64,000 bases of DNA from a virus (lineage: Duplodnaviria; Caudoviricetes), in IMG/VR virus record IMGVR_UViG_3300028392_002123. One strand, 5' to 3'. The notes beneath the pieces are model-generated. The model was given only the letters and a program-made list of their open reading frames with translations. It made no database searches and was not told the DNA's origin. How positions within the stretch are numbered: position 1 is the first letter of the stretch; the number at the start of each line of letters is the position of its first letter. Shown piece by piece: positions 29,138 to 38,068 of this stretch. The position numbers were made by a program, and so were the translations under genes.

Positions 29138-30285
29138 AACACTATTGTCCTTTACCTTTTAATCATCTTGCTATTAGACCCAATGGTAATGTGTATCCTT
29201 GCTGTTTTTTCCGTTGGGAAGAAACCCCTGCAGATATGACATTAGACTATCCCGATTTGTTTAATTCGCATCCTTTTATGAAACAGATTAGAGAAGATCT
29301 GCGAGAGGACAAACCCATTGCTGGATGCAGTAAATGCTATGAAGCCGAAGAGCTAACGGGCAAGAGTATGCGATTAGATTACCTAGCTGACACTAAATTA
29401 GGATTGAGTACAACTCCACCAGAAAAAGAAGAATTAAAGTATGTAGACCTATCATTGAGCAATGTCTGTAATAATAAATGTAGGATGTGTAGTTATGAGC
29501 TGAGTACAAGTTGGTACAGCGACACTAAAAAATTAGGAGTTGAAATTCCACGCGGTTTGATTAAAAACGGTAATCCTTTAGAGGGTTATGATTTATCTAA
29601 ACTAACTTATATTAAGATGATTGGCGGTGAGCCTTTAATGGAACAAGAAAAGTTTATCGACATACTCAAACAATGTAATTTGCCTGAATTAACTATTTTA
29701 ATTACTACTAACACTACAGTAAGGCCAAATGCAGAGCTACAGGCTTTGTTAGATCAATGTAAGCGTATAAAGTGGAATTTTAGTGTAGACGCATATGGCA
29801 CACTAAATGATTTCCTACGTAAAGGCAGTAAATGGCAGGAAGTTGCTGATAACCTAGATTGGTATATCAATCGTTATGGCAAGGATACAAACGTGCATGC
29901 CGTGGTCAGCATCTATAATATTAATACTTTTTACGAACTTAATACATATATTAAAACAAGACATCCAAAGAGCTATATCTCATTTGTAACTGCCGATGGG
30001 CCGAGTTGGATGATGATTGCTAATTTGCCTGAACGTGTCAAAGAGACAATAAAAAATAAATTAGAAATAGAAAATGCCAAACTACCTATTCCTAACTTTA
30101 ATGTTATCATTGAAGATATGATGAAACCCGGGGATTTTTATTCTTTTGTTCACATGGACAAGCGATTAAATCTAATCAGAGAAGAACATTGGATCGAGCA
30201 TAATCCAGAACTATATGAACTGATCAAAGATGAATTTGATCCATTCTACGCATCAGTGGATCCTACGGAACCTATCTATAAATAA
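29134..30285 (+). CDS. Radical SAM protein with N-terminal twitch-like domain
   Basis: YCPLPF...YPCC...GCSKCY; CNNKCRMC; IGGEP. Confidence 0.87.
   Translation: MKHYCPLPFNHLAIRPNGNVYPCCFFRWEETPADMTLDYPDLFNSHPFMKQIREDLREDKPIAGCSKCYEAEELTGKSMRLDYLADTKLGLSTTPPEKEELKYVDLSLSNVCNNKCRMCSYELSTSWYSDTKKLGVEIPRGLIKNGNPLEGYDLSKLTYIKMIGGEPLMEQEKFIDILKQCNLPELTILITTNTTVRPNAELQALLDQCKRIKWNFSVDAYGTLNDFLRKGSKWQEVADNLDWYINRYGKDTNVHAVVSIYNINTFYELNTYIKTRHPKSYISFVTADGPSWMMIANLPERVKETIKNKLEIENAKLPIPNFNVIIEDMMKPGDFYSFVHMDKRLNLIREEHWIEHNPELYELIKDEFDPFYASVDPTEPIYK
30277..30284 (+). promoter_or_regulatory. T4-like late promoter motif TATAAATA
   Basis: Exact motif, 5 nt before ATG 30290. Confidence 0.5.
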
Positions 30286-30289
30286 GTTC

Positions 30290-30520
30290 ATGGACATTAA
30301 AGATTTACCATTAAGAACATTACAGTTAGAAGCAGCCAGAGTTATCAGCTCTATGGAAGCAACCAACGATAACATACATAAATTTAACAAGGCAAGCAGA
30401 CATAATAGTCAAGGTTGGTACATAGCCGCTGTCGAATGGTACGTAAAAGAATACGGCGGCATGCCCAGCGAAACAGGACCGGGAAAAGACATTAAGTTTG
30501 TCTATGAACAAGATGAGTGA
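30290..30520 (+). CDS. Small hypothetical protein
   Basis: 76 aa from ATG 30290 (MDIKDL), directly after a TATAAATA motif; overlaps the next gene start. Confidence 0.65.
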   Translation: MDIKDLPLRTLQLEAARVISSMEATNDNIHKFNKASRHNSQGWYIAAVEWYVKEYGGMPSETGPGKDIKFVYEQDE

Positions 30521-31679
30521 TTTAAAAACCAGTGAATACGACTTTACTAAGATTCCCTACAGTGACTTAGTAAGAGTTGGACAAAGAACAATGCTGTACC
30601 GAGACATGTTCAGTGTGTCTTGGCTATTAGGACGTTATTGTAATTACCGCTGTAGCTATTGCTGGCCCTATGCTCGCAGTGATACAAAAGATCACAGACC
30701 CACTCCTTTAATGTTACACACAGTGGATGAAATTAAACGACAAGCTCGCGAGCGCGGATTTAATAGTTTTCACTTTAGCCTAAGTGGCGGAGAGCCTACA
30801 TTCCATCCGGCTTACATTGATATTTTAAATCATTTAAACAATGATGTACATAATACAAACTATACCAGCGTACATATGACATCAAACATGAGCCGTCCAT
30901 TAAAGTGGTTTGAAACACAGTACGTACCAGCAGTTAAGAACTTTCATCGTGCTAGTATTACTGCCAGTTGTCATCGTGAGCATGTTGACACAGATAAAAA
31001 GGTCGAAGAGTTTGCTGACAAGTTGGTGCTATGTCAAGAATACGACACGCAGATAACTATTAACATGGTCATGGTACCGGAACAGTTCAATGAGATCTAT
31101 GACTTGGCATTATACTTTCATAACAGAGGCATCAACGTAACACTCAAACCGCAGAGCGATCCAACTGCTAGTCGTGTAGTAGATGGTTATACTCCTGAGA
31201 TGTTGGCTAAGTTACATAATGGTATGCCACAACGTGCATTCACAGAAGTTAAAGCCGCAAGAGCAGACTTGGTTAAACGTCCCAAGCCTACGTATATGAT
31301 TGACAGAGCAGATCCTGGATTCAAGCAACAAGCAGGTGTTGATGCACACTACCAAGTGGAGTTCATTGACAAAGAAGGCAAGCCGTGGTTCATGGATCAA
31401 GCTGAGCGTTTTAATGCATTTAACTTTAATAACTTTAATCAGTGGGAATGTAGTAGTGGCTATCGAAGTATCATTATTCGTGAACCAGATGGCACAGTAA
31501 AGCGTAGTTATAGCTGTAGCGAAGTTCCATTGGGACACATTGAAACAGGCTTTAAGTTATACGACAAGCCCATGCCCTGCGGTGGAACTAGCTGTGTAAG
31601 TAGTGCTGACAGTAAAATTCCTAAACGTGCGCCTGGAACAAAGTTACCGTTGTTCCCTGGGGATAAAACCTATGAATGA
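30513..31679 (+). CDS. Radical SAM protein with C-terminal Cys domain
   Basis: VSWLLGRYCNYRCSYC, LSGGEP; C-terminal WECSSG...YSC...PCGGTSC. Confidence 0.87.
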   Translation: MSDLKTSEYDFTKIPYSDLVRVGQRTMLYRDMFSVSWLLGRYCNYRCSYCWPYARSDTKDHRPTPLMLHTVDEIKRQARERGFNSFHFSLSGGEPTFHPAYIDILNHLNNDVHNTNYTSVHMTSNMSRPLKWFETQYVPAVKNFHRASITASCHREHVDTDKKVEEFADKLVLCQEYDTQITINMVMVPEQFNEIYDLALYFHNRGINVTLKPQSDPTASRVVDGYTPEMLAKLHNGMPQRAFTEVKAARADLVKRPKPTYMIDRADPGFKQQAGVDAHYQVEFIDKEGKPWFMDQAERFNAFNFNNFNQWECSSGYRSIIIREPDGTVKRSYSCSEVPLGHIETGFKLYDKPMPCGGTSCVSSADSKIPKRAPGTKLPLFPGDKTYE

Positions 31680-32304
31680 AATAGAATTATATAACTGTCT
31701 AACTAGATTTGGTCAACTATATGAATTGAGTATTAAAGACGACGTCTTTGATTTATTAAACAATATAAAAAAATTCGACTCTGATTGGAAAGTTTATAAT
31801 CCAAGAAAGAAAATTAATAGACAGGGTCTAAGCATTACCAGCATCGATGGTGGACTGTCTGGTATACCAGACTTGGACAGCGTATATGAATATAATAAAA
31901 CAAACAATTTACTGTTAACAGAAAGTTCTTTTAATAAAAAAACACCGGTGTATCAATACTGTGCTAAGTGGCTGGACTTCTTAGGAGATAACATTGGGCG
32001 AACACATCTTATAAGACTAGGGCCCGGTGGCTATTTTCCTATACACCGCGATAACAAAACATTGTCTATAAGTAATTTTCGTTTGTTTGTACCCATTGAA
32101 AATTGTAACTATCCTAAGATGACTTTTGTTTTAAATAGAGAGATGTTAAATTTTAACCATGGGTCTATGTATTTTATGGATACTTGTTTGGAGCACTATT
32201 TGTTCAATCACGATGCATATGATGATTCTACATTTATGGTAGTCAATGTAAACTTAACTGAAAGTGCAGTTACATCAGTTCTGCAACATTTGAAAGCGGG
32301 ATGA
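31672..32304 (+). CDS. Fe(II)/2OG oxygenase (aspartyl/asparaginyl beta-hydroxylase-like)
   Basis: RLGPGGYFPIHRD (HxD), distal DTCLEH. Confidence 0.65.
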   Translation: MNEIELYNCLTRFGQLYELSIKDDVFDLLNNIKKFDSDWKVYNPRKKINRQGLSITSIDGGLSGIPDLDSVYEYNKTNNLLLTESSFNKKTPVYQYCAKWLDFLGDNIGRTHLIRLGPGGYFPIHRDNKTLSISNFRLFVPIENCNYPKMTFVLNREMLNFNHGSMYFMDTCLEHYLFNHDAYDDSTFMVVNVNLTESAVTSVLQHLKAG

Positions 32305-32305
32305 T

Positions 32306-32857
32306 ATGAAAATTTTAATTGCAGGAAATCCTAGCTACGGCGTAGCACAATCGATTAAAGAAGAACTAAGTATGCACGAACTTGTATTTGCAAGTCGTAG
32401 TTCAGGTTTTGATTTAACAAAAGCAGAAGTTCAGCAACAATTTGCAGATTTATGTGCGGATGCAGACACAGTTATATTATGTAGTGCTTTATGGAAATTT
32501 AATCAAACTCTATTGTTAGAAGCAGTTTATAAAAAATTAAAAGCATTGAATAAACGAACATTGATTATAGCAATTGGTAGCACCACAGACAGAGTAATGA
32601 AAGCCACTGATTGGTTGTACAATGCCGAAAAGAAAGCATTGCGAGATTATTGTAATAGTTTAGGTATTGCAGGCGTTTGGTCAGCAGGGCCTAGAGTTAC
32701 TTTAATCAGTTTTGGCACATTGAGTAATATGCAGGCCAAACATCCTGACAGAAAAACAATGCCAATAAAAAAGGCCGCCGAGTATATTAAATGGATACTC
32801 GAACAGCCTTCGGATTTACACATTAACGAAATTAGTGTAGATCCCTTACAAGCCTAA
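32306..32857 (+). CDS. Short-chain dehydrogenase/reductase-like protein
   Basis: N-terminal Rossmann-like strand (ILIAGN..YG), IGS, YNAEK (YxxxK). Confidence 0.6.
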   Translation: MKILIAGNPSYGVAQSIKEELSMHELVFASRSSGFDLTKAEVQQQFADLCADADTVILCSALWKFNQTLLLEAVYKKLKALNKRTLIIAIGSTTDRVMKATDWLYNAEKKALRDYCNSLGIAGVWSAGPRVTLISFGTLSNMQAKHPDRKTMPIKKAAEYIKWILEQPSDLHINEISVDPLQA

Positions 32858-33730
32858 TTTGTCTTTAAATTCTCGTAACTCTCTAGCGCCCAAGCCTGCA
32901 TCTAAGCCCAGGGCTTTTTCGTCATTGCCGTATTTTTCAACCAGTGCCTGCCATTTAGACTGACTAATCAAACTCTTAACTAGTTGGTATTCCCCTGCAC
33001 TTAGTTTAACTGAATTAACAGCATAGTCTTCAAATGCTTGACATGCCTCTGGGAACAATGGTTTAACTAGGTTATACATGGCACCAGCAAATTCCCGGAT
33101 CTCCCACTGTGCATGTGGATCCATACGCAAGCGAGCCATGTGTAAAAAATTCTTCAAGTTAGCTTTCCAATACAATTCTGTATATCCGCCTACTGGAAGC
33201 ACACTTCTAGCCAACTCACGAGCAAGACCACTATCGTCTTTGCCTAGTAAACTTGTATACTCTTTATAAGCATTAAAGAAACTACGTTGGAAGGCATGTT
33301 GTACTCCACGTTTTTCTTCAAAGCCCCATTCGCTGTCTTCACGGCCTTGTTTATTAGTTGTACTTTGCTTTTGGATTTGTTCTAATTCAGGAATGTAAAA
33401 CTCATCTGTGAGCACACTATATCGAGCACTATATTCGTTCATGCTGGCTGTACGATGACGTACAAGTTGTCGCATAACGAAGATAGGAAGTTTAATATGG
33501 AACTTTACTTCGCACATTTCAAATGGTGTAGTATGTTCGTGACGCATTAGATAACGAATTAAGTTTCTATCGTCTTGAACTTGTTTTGTACCGGCACCAT
33601 AGCTGACACGAGCGGCCTGCACTATTGCGCTGTCACTGCCCATGTGATCAACTAGACCAACGAATCCGTGATCTAGTACTGGAAGATATTTTTTATCTTC
33701 CTCAAAATTAATTTCTGATTTAACTGTCAT
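32846..33730 (-). CDS. thyX: FAD-dependent thymidylate synthase
   Basis: AARVSY, HTTPFE, RQLVRHRTASMNEYSARY (RHRx7S), ELARSVLP, HAQWEIR. Confidence 0.95.
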   Translation of the reverse strand: MTVKSEINFEEDKKYLPVLDHGFVGLVDHMGSDSAIVQAARVSYGAGTKQVQDDRNLIRYLMRHEHTTPFEMCEVKFHIKLPIFVMRQLVRHRTASMNEYSARYSVLTDEFYIPELEQIQKQSTTNKQGREDSEWGFEEKRGVQHAFQRSFFNAYKEYTSLLGKDDSGLARELARSVLPVGGYTELYWKANLKNFLHMARLRMDPHAQWEIREFAGAMYNLVKPLFPEACQAFEDYAVNSVKLSAGEYQLVKSLISQSKWQALVEKYGNDEKALGLDAGLGARELREFKDKLGL

Positions 33731-34032
33731 TCTTCTTTGTCGAAATGTTGTTGAAACAATCTACGAGTGTATTTTGTCACATTTGTTTTTAATTTAACGC
33801 TGTCGAGAAAAACCTCAACGTCTAAGACTTCTTCTCTCATATGTTCTAGTCCCTGGCTTTTTAAAACGTCTTTGGCGTCTTTCATTCCTTTAAGATCTTC
33901 TTGAGTAAACTCAAGTACATTCCCATCCTTCATTTTTAAGTGAAGGTGGGTTATGTATTCTGTGGGGACTTCTTCCATGATAATATCTTTGAGAATATCA
34001 TCGAAAGAACGGTCTTTTTTTCTAATGGCCAT
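33727..34032 (-). CDS. Hypothetical protein
   Basis: 101 aa ORF with GAGGA Shine-Dalgarno, coupled to thyX. Confidence 0.7.
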   Translation of the reverse strand: MAIRKKDRSFDDILKDIIMEEVPTEYITHLHLKMKDGNVLEFTQEDLKGMKDAKDVLKSQGLEHMREEVLDVEVFLDSVKLKTNVTKYTRRLFQQHFDKEE

Positions 34033-34060
34033 TCCTCATCCTTTGATGTATTATTGTTAT

Positions 34061-34645
34061 TTACTTTTTTTTAGGACGGCCTCTACCACGCTTACCGGAA
34101 TCAGCTGTAATAGTTGTAACACTATCTGCTGGTACGGTTGTTGTAGTTTGTGGGTCCAAAGCTTTTGCTTCCTCGATCAAACGCTTAGATTCTTTTAAAT
34201 AGAACGCGGCCTGTGATCTAAGATTGTTAGCAATATCTTTGTCACTTAAAACTCCGGCAGTTTTTTCTTGTTGTTTTTGATCTGCTTGCTCTTTAATATC
34301 ATTAAGTTGTTTATTAAGTTCTCTAAGATTAATAGCAATTCCAGGAGCAGGCATCATTTCGATTTGATCTACTTGTTTCTTTTTCAACCAACCAAATTGA
34401 TGCATGGCTTGTAACATATTGTTACCATCGTGGAACACTTCTCTTTGAGCGAAAGAGTAGAAGTCCATTTCGCTTTGGGCTGTTGGACTTTCTACTGATT
34501 CGATCAACTTATCATGATAATTAGCAGGCAATGCCTCAGTTTCAACAATCAGACAGCTACCTTCGTCACCGGGCAAAGTACGAAACACAACAATACATTT
34601 TTTGTTTGTGTCAATGGTTTGTCCAACGTGTTTAATAAACGGCAT
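34061..34645 (-). CDS. Hypothetical protein with C-terminal AT-hook
   Basis: 194 aa, ends GKRGRGRPKKK; Shine-Dalgarno AAGGAAAGGGG. Confidence 0.7.
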   Translation of the reverse strand: MPFIKHVGQTIDTNKKCIVVFRTLPGDEGSCLIVETEALPANYHDKLIESVESPTAQSEMDFYSFAQREVFHDGNNMLQAMHQFGWLKKKQVDQIEMMPAPGIAINLRELNKQLNDIKEQADQKQQEKTAGVLSDKDIANNLRSQAAFYLKESKRLIEEAKALDPQTTTTVPADSVTTITADSGKRGRGRPKKK

Positions 34646-34659
34646 AATTGCCCCTTTCC

Positions 34660-34956
34660 TTATTCAGCTACTAGTGCAGTACCGTCAGCTGGTGGAACAT
34701 CTGTTGGTGCTTCAGCTATTACTTCTACTGGTGCAGTACCGTCAGCTGGTTGTTCAGCTTGGGCTTGTGCTTCAGCGGCCGCGGCTGCTTCGTCTTGTTG
34801 TTTCTTAGCATCAGCTAAAAAGGCATTCAACTTTGATGCCGCGTCGCCAACGACACCGACTTCTAAAATGCTAAAAGTACCGCGTTTAACTGCTAATTCG
34901 ATTGCGGCTAATAGAATTGAAAGATCTTGTAAGTTCATATTTTCTCCTTCGTACAT
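34660..34956 (-). CDS. Hypothetical protein with acidic Ala/Pro-rich tail
   Basis: 98 aa; PADGTA repeated twice; late promoter motif upstream. Confidence 0.65.
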   Translation of the reverse strand: MYEGENMNLQDLSILLAAIELAVKRGTFSILEVGVVGDAASKLNAFLADAKKQQDEAAAAAEAQAQAEQPADGTAPVEVIAEAPTDVPPADGTALVAE

Positions 34957-34974
34957 GTCTTTATGTACGTATTC

Positions 34975-34982
34975 TATTTATA
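34975..34982 (-). promoter_or_regulatory. T4-like late promoter motif TATAAATA
   Basis: Exact TATAAATA on the - strand in the intergenic region, downstream of the terminator. Confidence 0.55.
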
Positions 34983-35007
34983 GAGTGGTGTCTTATATTT
35001 GACCTAC

Positions 35008-35033
35008 AAAAAAAGGGCAGTTACCTGCCCTTT
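35008..35033 (-). terminator. Intrinsic terminator
   Basis: AAAGGGCAG-GTAA-CTGCCCTTT hairpin running into a U-tract on the - strand, after the vWA gene. Confidence 0.8.
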
Positions 35034-35050
35034 ATAAAACTTTTTTTAGA

Positions 35051-36247
35051 TTAAACAGTTTCCGGAGTAAATGTGTAATGTGCAGTGACACCAAATGGAG
35101 CTTCAATGGTTTCGTTACCATGTACAACAAATAATGTATCACAATAATTTTCATCACCCCAGCTACCAAAAGGATATCCGTCTGTAAACATGATAAACTG
35201 TTTAGGATTAATATCGTTGTCTTTCATGTATTGGAAACAAGCATCAAAATCTGTACCACCGCCACCCATTGGATCGTAGTCATAGATTTCATCAAAGCCG
35301 TCTTCGGTATATGTAACTGGATTATAGATTTCTGTGTCGAAACTAAACACATGAATGGTATAACTAGTATACATATCCATCATACCTTTAACTTCACTCA
35401 AGAAGTCACGCACCATGTCTTCGGAAATAGATCCTGAAGCATCAATAGCAATAACAACATCTAAGTGTTCTGCTGGCAACATACCTGGCAGTACTGCACC
35501 GGTATGCCATGCTTTACGACTGGGACGCATAAAGCTATAATTATTCTTCAAATTACTTTCTAATTGAATACGCAACAGATCTTGCCAGCGCATTTTTGGA
35601 GCAGTAAATTGTTGAATTAAACGACGAATGCCTGTGGGTACATTTCCTGCACCTGCGGCCTGAGCACTTTGTAATACCGCTTCTTTAAGCTCGTCTTTAA
35701 TTTTCTTTTGCGTCTCGGCATCAATCTTAATACCGCTGGATTTGGATTTGCCGTCACTGCCTTTGCCATCGTCCTTGCCTTCTTCTCCTGATCCGTCCAT
35801 GTGCATGTCCAAAGTCATTTGAATTTTGACAGCATTCTTCATCAGCTCGTCATAAATTTCTTCTGTGGTTTTTTCGCGATATTTTGGATCCCACAGGATT
35901 GGCACTTTGGTAATTTTCTTACCTACGTTATTTTGAATCAACATGTCGTTGATAACATAGTCACCGGCCATGTTCCAAACTTGGGGTTCGCGATCATTGC
36001 GGCGACCCATATGATTATAAATGCAATGACCAACTTCGTGACCAAACAAGAAAACCAATTCGTCGTCGTCAAGACTTTCAATGAACTTGTCGCAATAATA
36101 AAAATGGCGACCATCTGTTGCGGCAGTACTGCACCAATCGCTGGCTTCGACTAGTTTCAAGCGAGTTGCAAGGTTGCCCCAAAATGGATGCTTGAGCAAC
36201 ATTTTAACACGAGCTTTAGTTAAGCGATCTTTTGTTGTAAATTTCAT
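35051..36247 (-). CDS. Metallopeptidase-like (HExxH) + vWA domain protein (DUF2201-type architecture)
   Basis: TAATDGRHFYY, HEVGH, WNMAGDYVIN; C-terminal IDASGS (MIDAS), GGGGTDF, FTDG. Confidence 0.8.
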   Translation of the reverse strand: MKFTTKDRLTKARVKMLLKHPFWGNLATRLKLVEASDWCSTAATDGRHFYYCDKFIESLDDDELVFLFGHEVGHCIYNHMGRRNDREPQVWNMAGDYVINDMLIQNNVGKKITKVPILWDPKYREKTTEEIYDELMKNAVKIQMTLDMHMDGSGEEGKDDGKGSDGKSKSSGIKIDAETQKKIKDELKEAVLQSAQAAGAGNVPTGIRRLIQQFTAPKMRWQDLLRIQLESNLKNNYSFMRPSRKAWHTGAVLPGMLPAEHLDVVIAIDASGSISEDMVRDFLSEVKGMMDMYTSYTIHVFSFDTEIYNPVTYTEDGFDEIYDYDPMGGGGTDFDACFQYMKDNDINPKQFIMFTDGYPFGSWGDENYCDTLFVVHGNETIEAPFGVTAHYTFTPETV

Positions 36248-36270
36248 CTTCTACTCCAGTTAATATAGTA

Positions 36271-36299
36271 ATTATACTATAAGTGGGAATTATTGTCAA
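36271..36299 (-). promoter_or_regulatory. sigma70-type early promoter
   Basis: TTGACA-17 nt-TATAAT, perfect consensus, upstream of 36247. Confidence 0.85.
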
Positions 36300-36662
36300 T
36301 TAAAGGCCGAATTTCAAACGGCATAAGAACGCACTTTCTGCGTCCTTAAACCAAATAGTTTTTGTGCCCAAAGGGGCATAATAATGCAATGGCTTGATTG
36401 ACATTTGCTTACACCATTTAACTATTTCAGTTCTAACCTTTCCCTGAGTGTAATCGATTTCACTCCAAGTCATTTTGGCATTATCAAAATAGTCAATGAT
36501 AGTATCTCTAGTGATAAGATCATTTCCCAACACACTTCTTACATATTCCATATCACCGTAGACTAACTCCAACATTGTAGACCGGAAAGGGACACCTTTT
36601 CCCGTTTCCAGTCTATCGGATTGTAAGTGGGACATGAGTCCCACATCAATATTACTCACCAA
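36300..36662 (-). CDS. Hypothetical protein
   Basis: 120 aa ORF between the AAA and vWA genes. Confidence 0.6.
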   Translation of the reverse strand: MVSNIDVGLMSHLQSDRLETGKGVPFRSTMLELVYGDMEYVRSVLGNDLITRDTIIDYFDNAKMTWSEIDYTQGKVRTEIVKWCKQMSIKPLHYYAPLGTKTIWFKDAESAFLCRLKFGL

Positions 36663-37767
36663 TGTCCACTACCAAGTGAGCATAGCGTTTGAAGAACTCT
36701 GGGAAGTTCTTAAGCTTCTTGTGGTCAAAGGGCAAGTTATAGTTCTTAAGTGCAGTATGAGCACCCATAATAACCATCTCTGCTTCAAAATTATCCATCA
36801 TAAACTGGATAAAGTTTTCGCACATACTATGCCATGTATCCAACTTGCCGGATTTCTTAGCAGTCTCGTAGCCGTCTTTGAGCTCGTAGCACATACCAGT
36901 TGTCAACGAATACATCGCGGACACTTCTTTGGTCTTCAACTCTTTAACTTTGCCTGCCAACACGTCTGTGGGACTTGGCAAGTCTGCGGCAATCTTACGA
37001 TGTGCCATAAACTTAATTGCAAGACCTTCGCCAACGCAACCTGCTACCATGTCTGTCTGCTCGTTGTCTGTCATCTCATTGTCAATGAGATCTGACACAA
37101 AGCTCCAGCTACGTGGAGTAGCAAAACTGCGGTCATGTACAGTAGGATCAAAGTTGTACAGGTCTGCCTTTTGGTAGTTCAAATAACCAACCACGTCTTG
37201 GTGGATACGATTCTGCAGAGCCCACTGATTCCAGTCGGTAAAGTCTACACGAAGTTCAAAGTGAACAAATCGGTTAGCCAATGGAGTAGGCATACGATAA
37301 GTAACACCTTTGTCTGTCATACGGTTACCAGCCGCCATAATAACAACATTATCTGGCAACTCATAAGTACCTACACGACGATTCAAAATAAGCTGATAGG
37401 CCGCGGCCTGTACAGCAGGTGCCGCACCAGCAAGTTCGTCCAAGAACAGGACAACTACAGGATGCTTGTCGGCAAATTCTTTGTTAGGCAATTCGCTGGG
37501 TGGTGCCCACGACATTGTATTTTCTTGAGAATTGTAATAAGGAATACCTTTAATGTCTGTGGGTTCCCACAGATTCAAACGCACATCAATAAGTGCTCCG
37601 CCCATTTCTTCTGCCAACTGAGCGGCAAGGTCGGACTTACCTACGCCTGGAGGTCCCCAAAGGAACACCGGACGCTTGGCTTTCATAGCGCGGCGTACAA
37701 GACGCTTTGCTTCACTAATTTTTACGGTGCGACCTTCGCCAATGCCACTTTTGTCTGCTTTTGCCAT
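36652..37767 (-). CDS. MoxR-like AAA+ ATPase
   Basis: GPPGVGKS (Walker A), LFLDE (Walker B), AAGNR, PLANRF; AAGGAG Shine-Dalgarno. Confidence 0.85.
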   Translation of the reverse strand: MAKADKSGIGEGRTVKISEAKRLVRRAMKAKRPVFLWGPPGVGKSDLAAQLAEEMGGALIDVRLNLWEPTDIKGIPYYNSQENTMSWAPPSELPNKEFADKHPVVVLFLDELAGAAPAVQAAAYQLILNRRVGTYELPDNVVIMAAGNRMTDKGVTYRMPTPLANRFVHFELRVDFTDWNQWALQNRIHQDVVGYLNYQKADLYNFDPTVHDRSFATPRSWSFVSDLIDNEMTDNEQTDMVAGCVGEGLAIKFMAHRKIAADLPSPTDVLAGKVKELKTKEVSAMYSLTTGMCYELKDGYETAKKSGKLDTWHSMCENFIQFMMDNFEAEMVIMGAHTALKNYNLPFDHKKLKNFPEFFKRYAHLVVDIGE

Positions 37768-37803
37768 ATTGCTTTACTCCTTAAAATGTTTTGCAATGAA
37801 TGT

Positions 37804-37832
37804 ATTATACAATAGACTGGAATTTCTGTCTA
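37804..37832 (-). promoter_or_regulatory. sigma70-type early promoter
   Basis: TAGACA-17 nt-TATAAT upstream of the AAA gene. Confidence 0.75.
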
Positions 37833-37843
37833 TTAACGATTAA

Positions 37844-38002
37844 TTAAATTTGTGCATCCAAGTACACACGATATGCCTGCATGGTCTTTTCTCCGTAGAC
37901 CATTTTGCCATATTTTTGAATGTCTTGCAAGAGATCGGTAAATTTCAGTCCCAAGAATTGGCATTCTTTTTGTAGAAGTTTAACAGCGGTTGCGAGTTGC
38001 AT
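37844..38002 (-). CDS. Small early hypothetical protein
   Basis: 52 aa from ATG 38002 (MQLATAVK); the longer TTG start in the track overlaps the promoter. Confidence 0.6.
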   Translation of the reverse strand: MQLATAVKLLQKECQFLGLKFTDLLQDIQKYGKMVYGEKTMQAYRVYLDAQI

Positions 38003-38029
38003 TGTTGCTTTCTTTGTTGCTAAAATTGT

Positions 38030-38058
38030 ATTATACAACCAAAATGAATTTCGGTCAA
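38030..38058 (-). promoter_or_regulatory. sigma70-type early promoter (repeat copy 1)
   Basis: TTGACC-17 nt-TATAAT. Confidence 0.85.
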
Positions 38059-38068
38059 TTATTGATAA

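Noticed and set aside
1-32857. Reading the island as a bacterial capsule/LPS locus or a RiPP cluster
   Set aside because: No flippase, polymerase, exporter, peptidase or RRE domain; it is contiguous with phage replication genes and uses phage late-type motifs.
34674-34750. Exact 20-nt direct repeat gtgcagtaccgtcagctggt (34674 and 34731)
   Set aside because: Explained by the PADGTA peptide duplication inside the CDS; only two copies, not an array or att site.
37135-37815. 226-aa + strand ORF and other nested or antisense ORFs (for example 14224-14586, 18558-18977, 34514-35002, 42527-42970)
   Set aside because: They lie opposite or inside well-supported genes, lack motifs and ribosome-binding sites, and read like codon-bias shadows.
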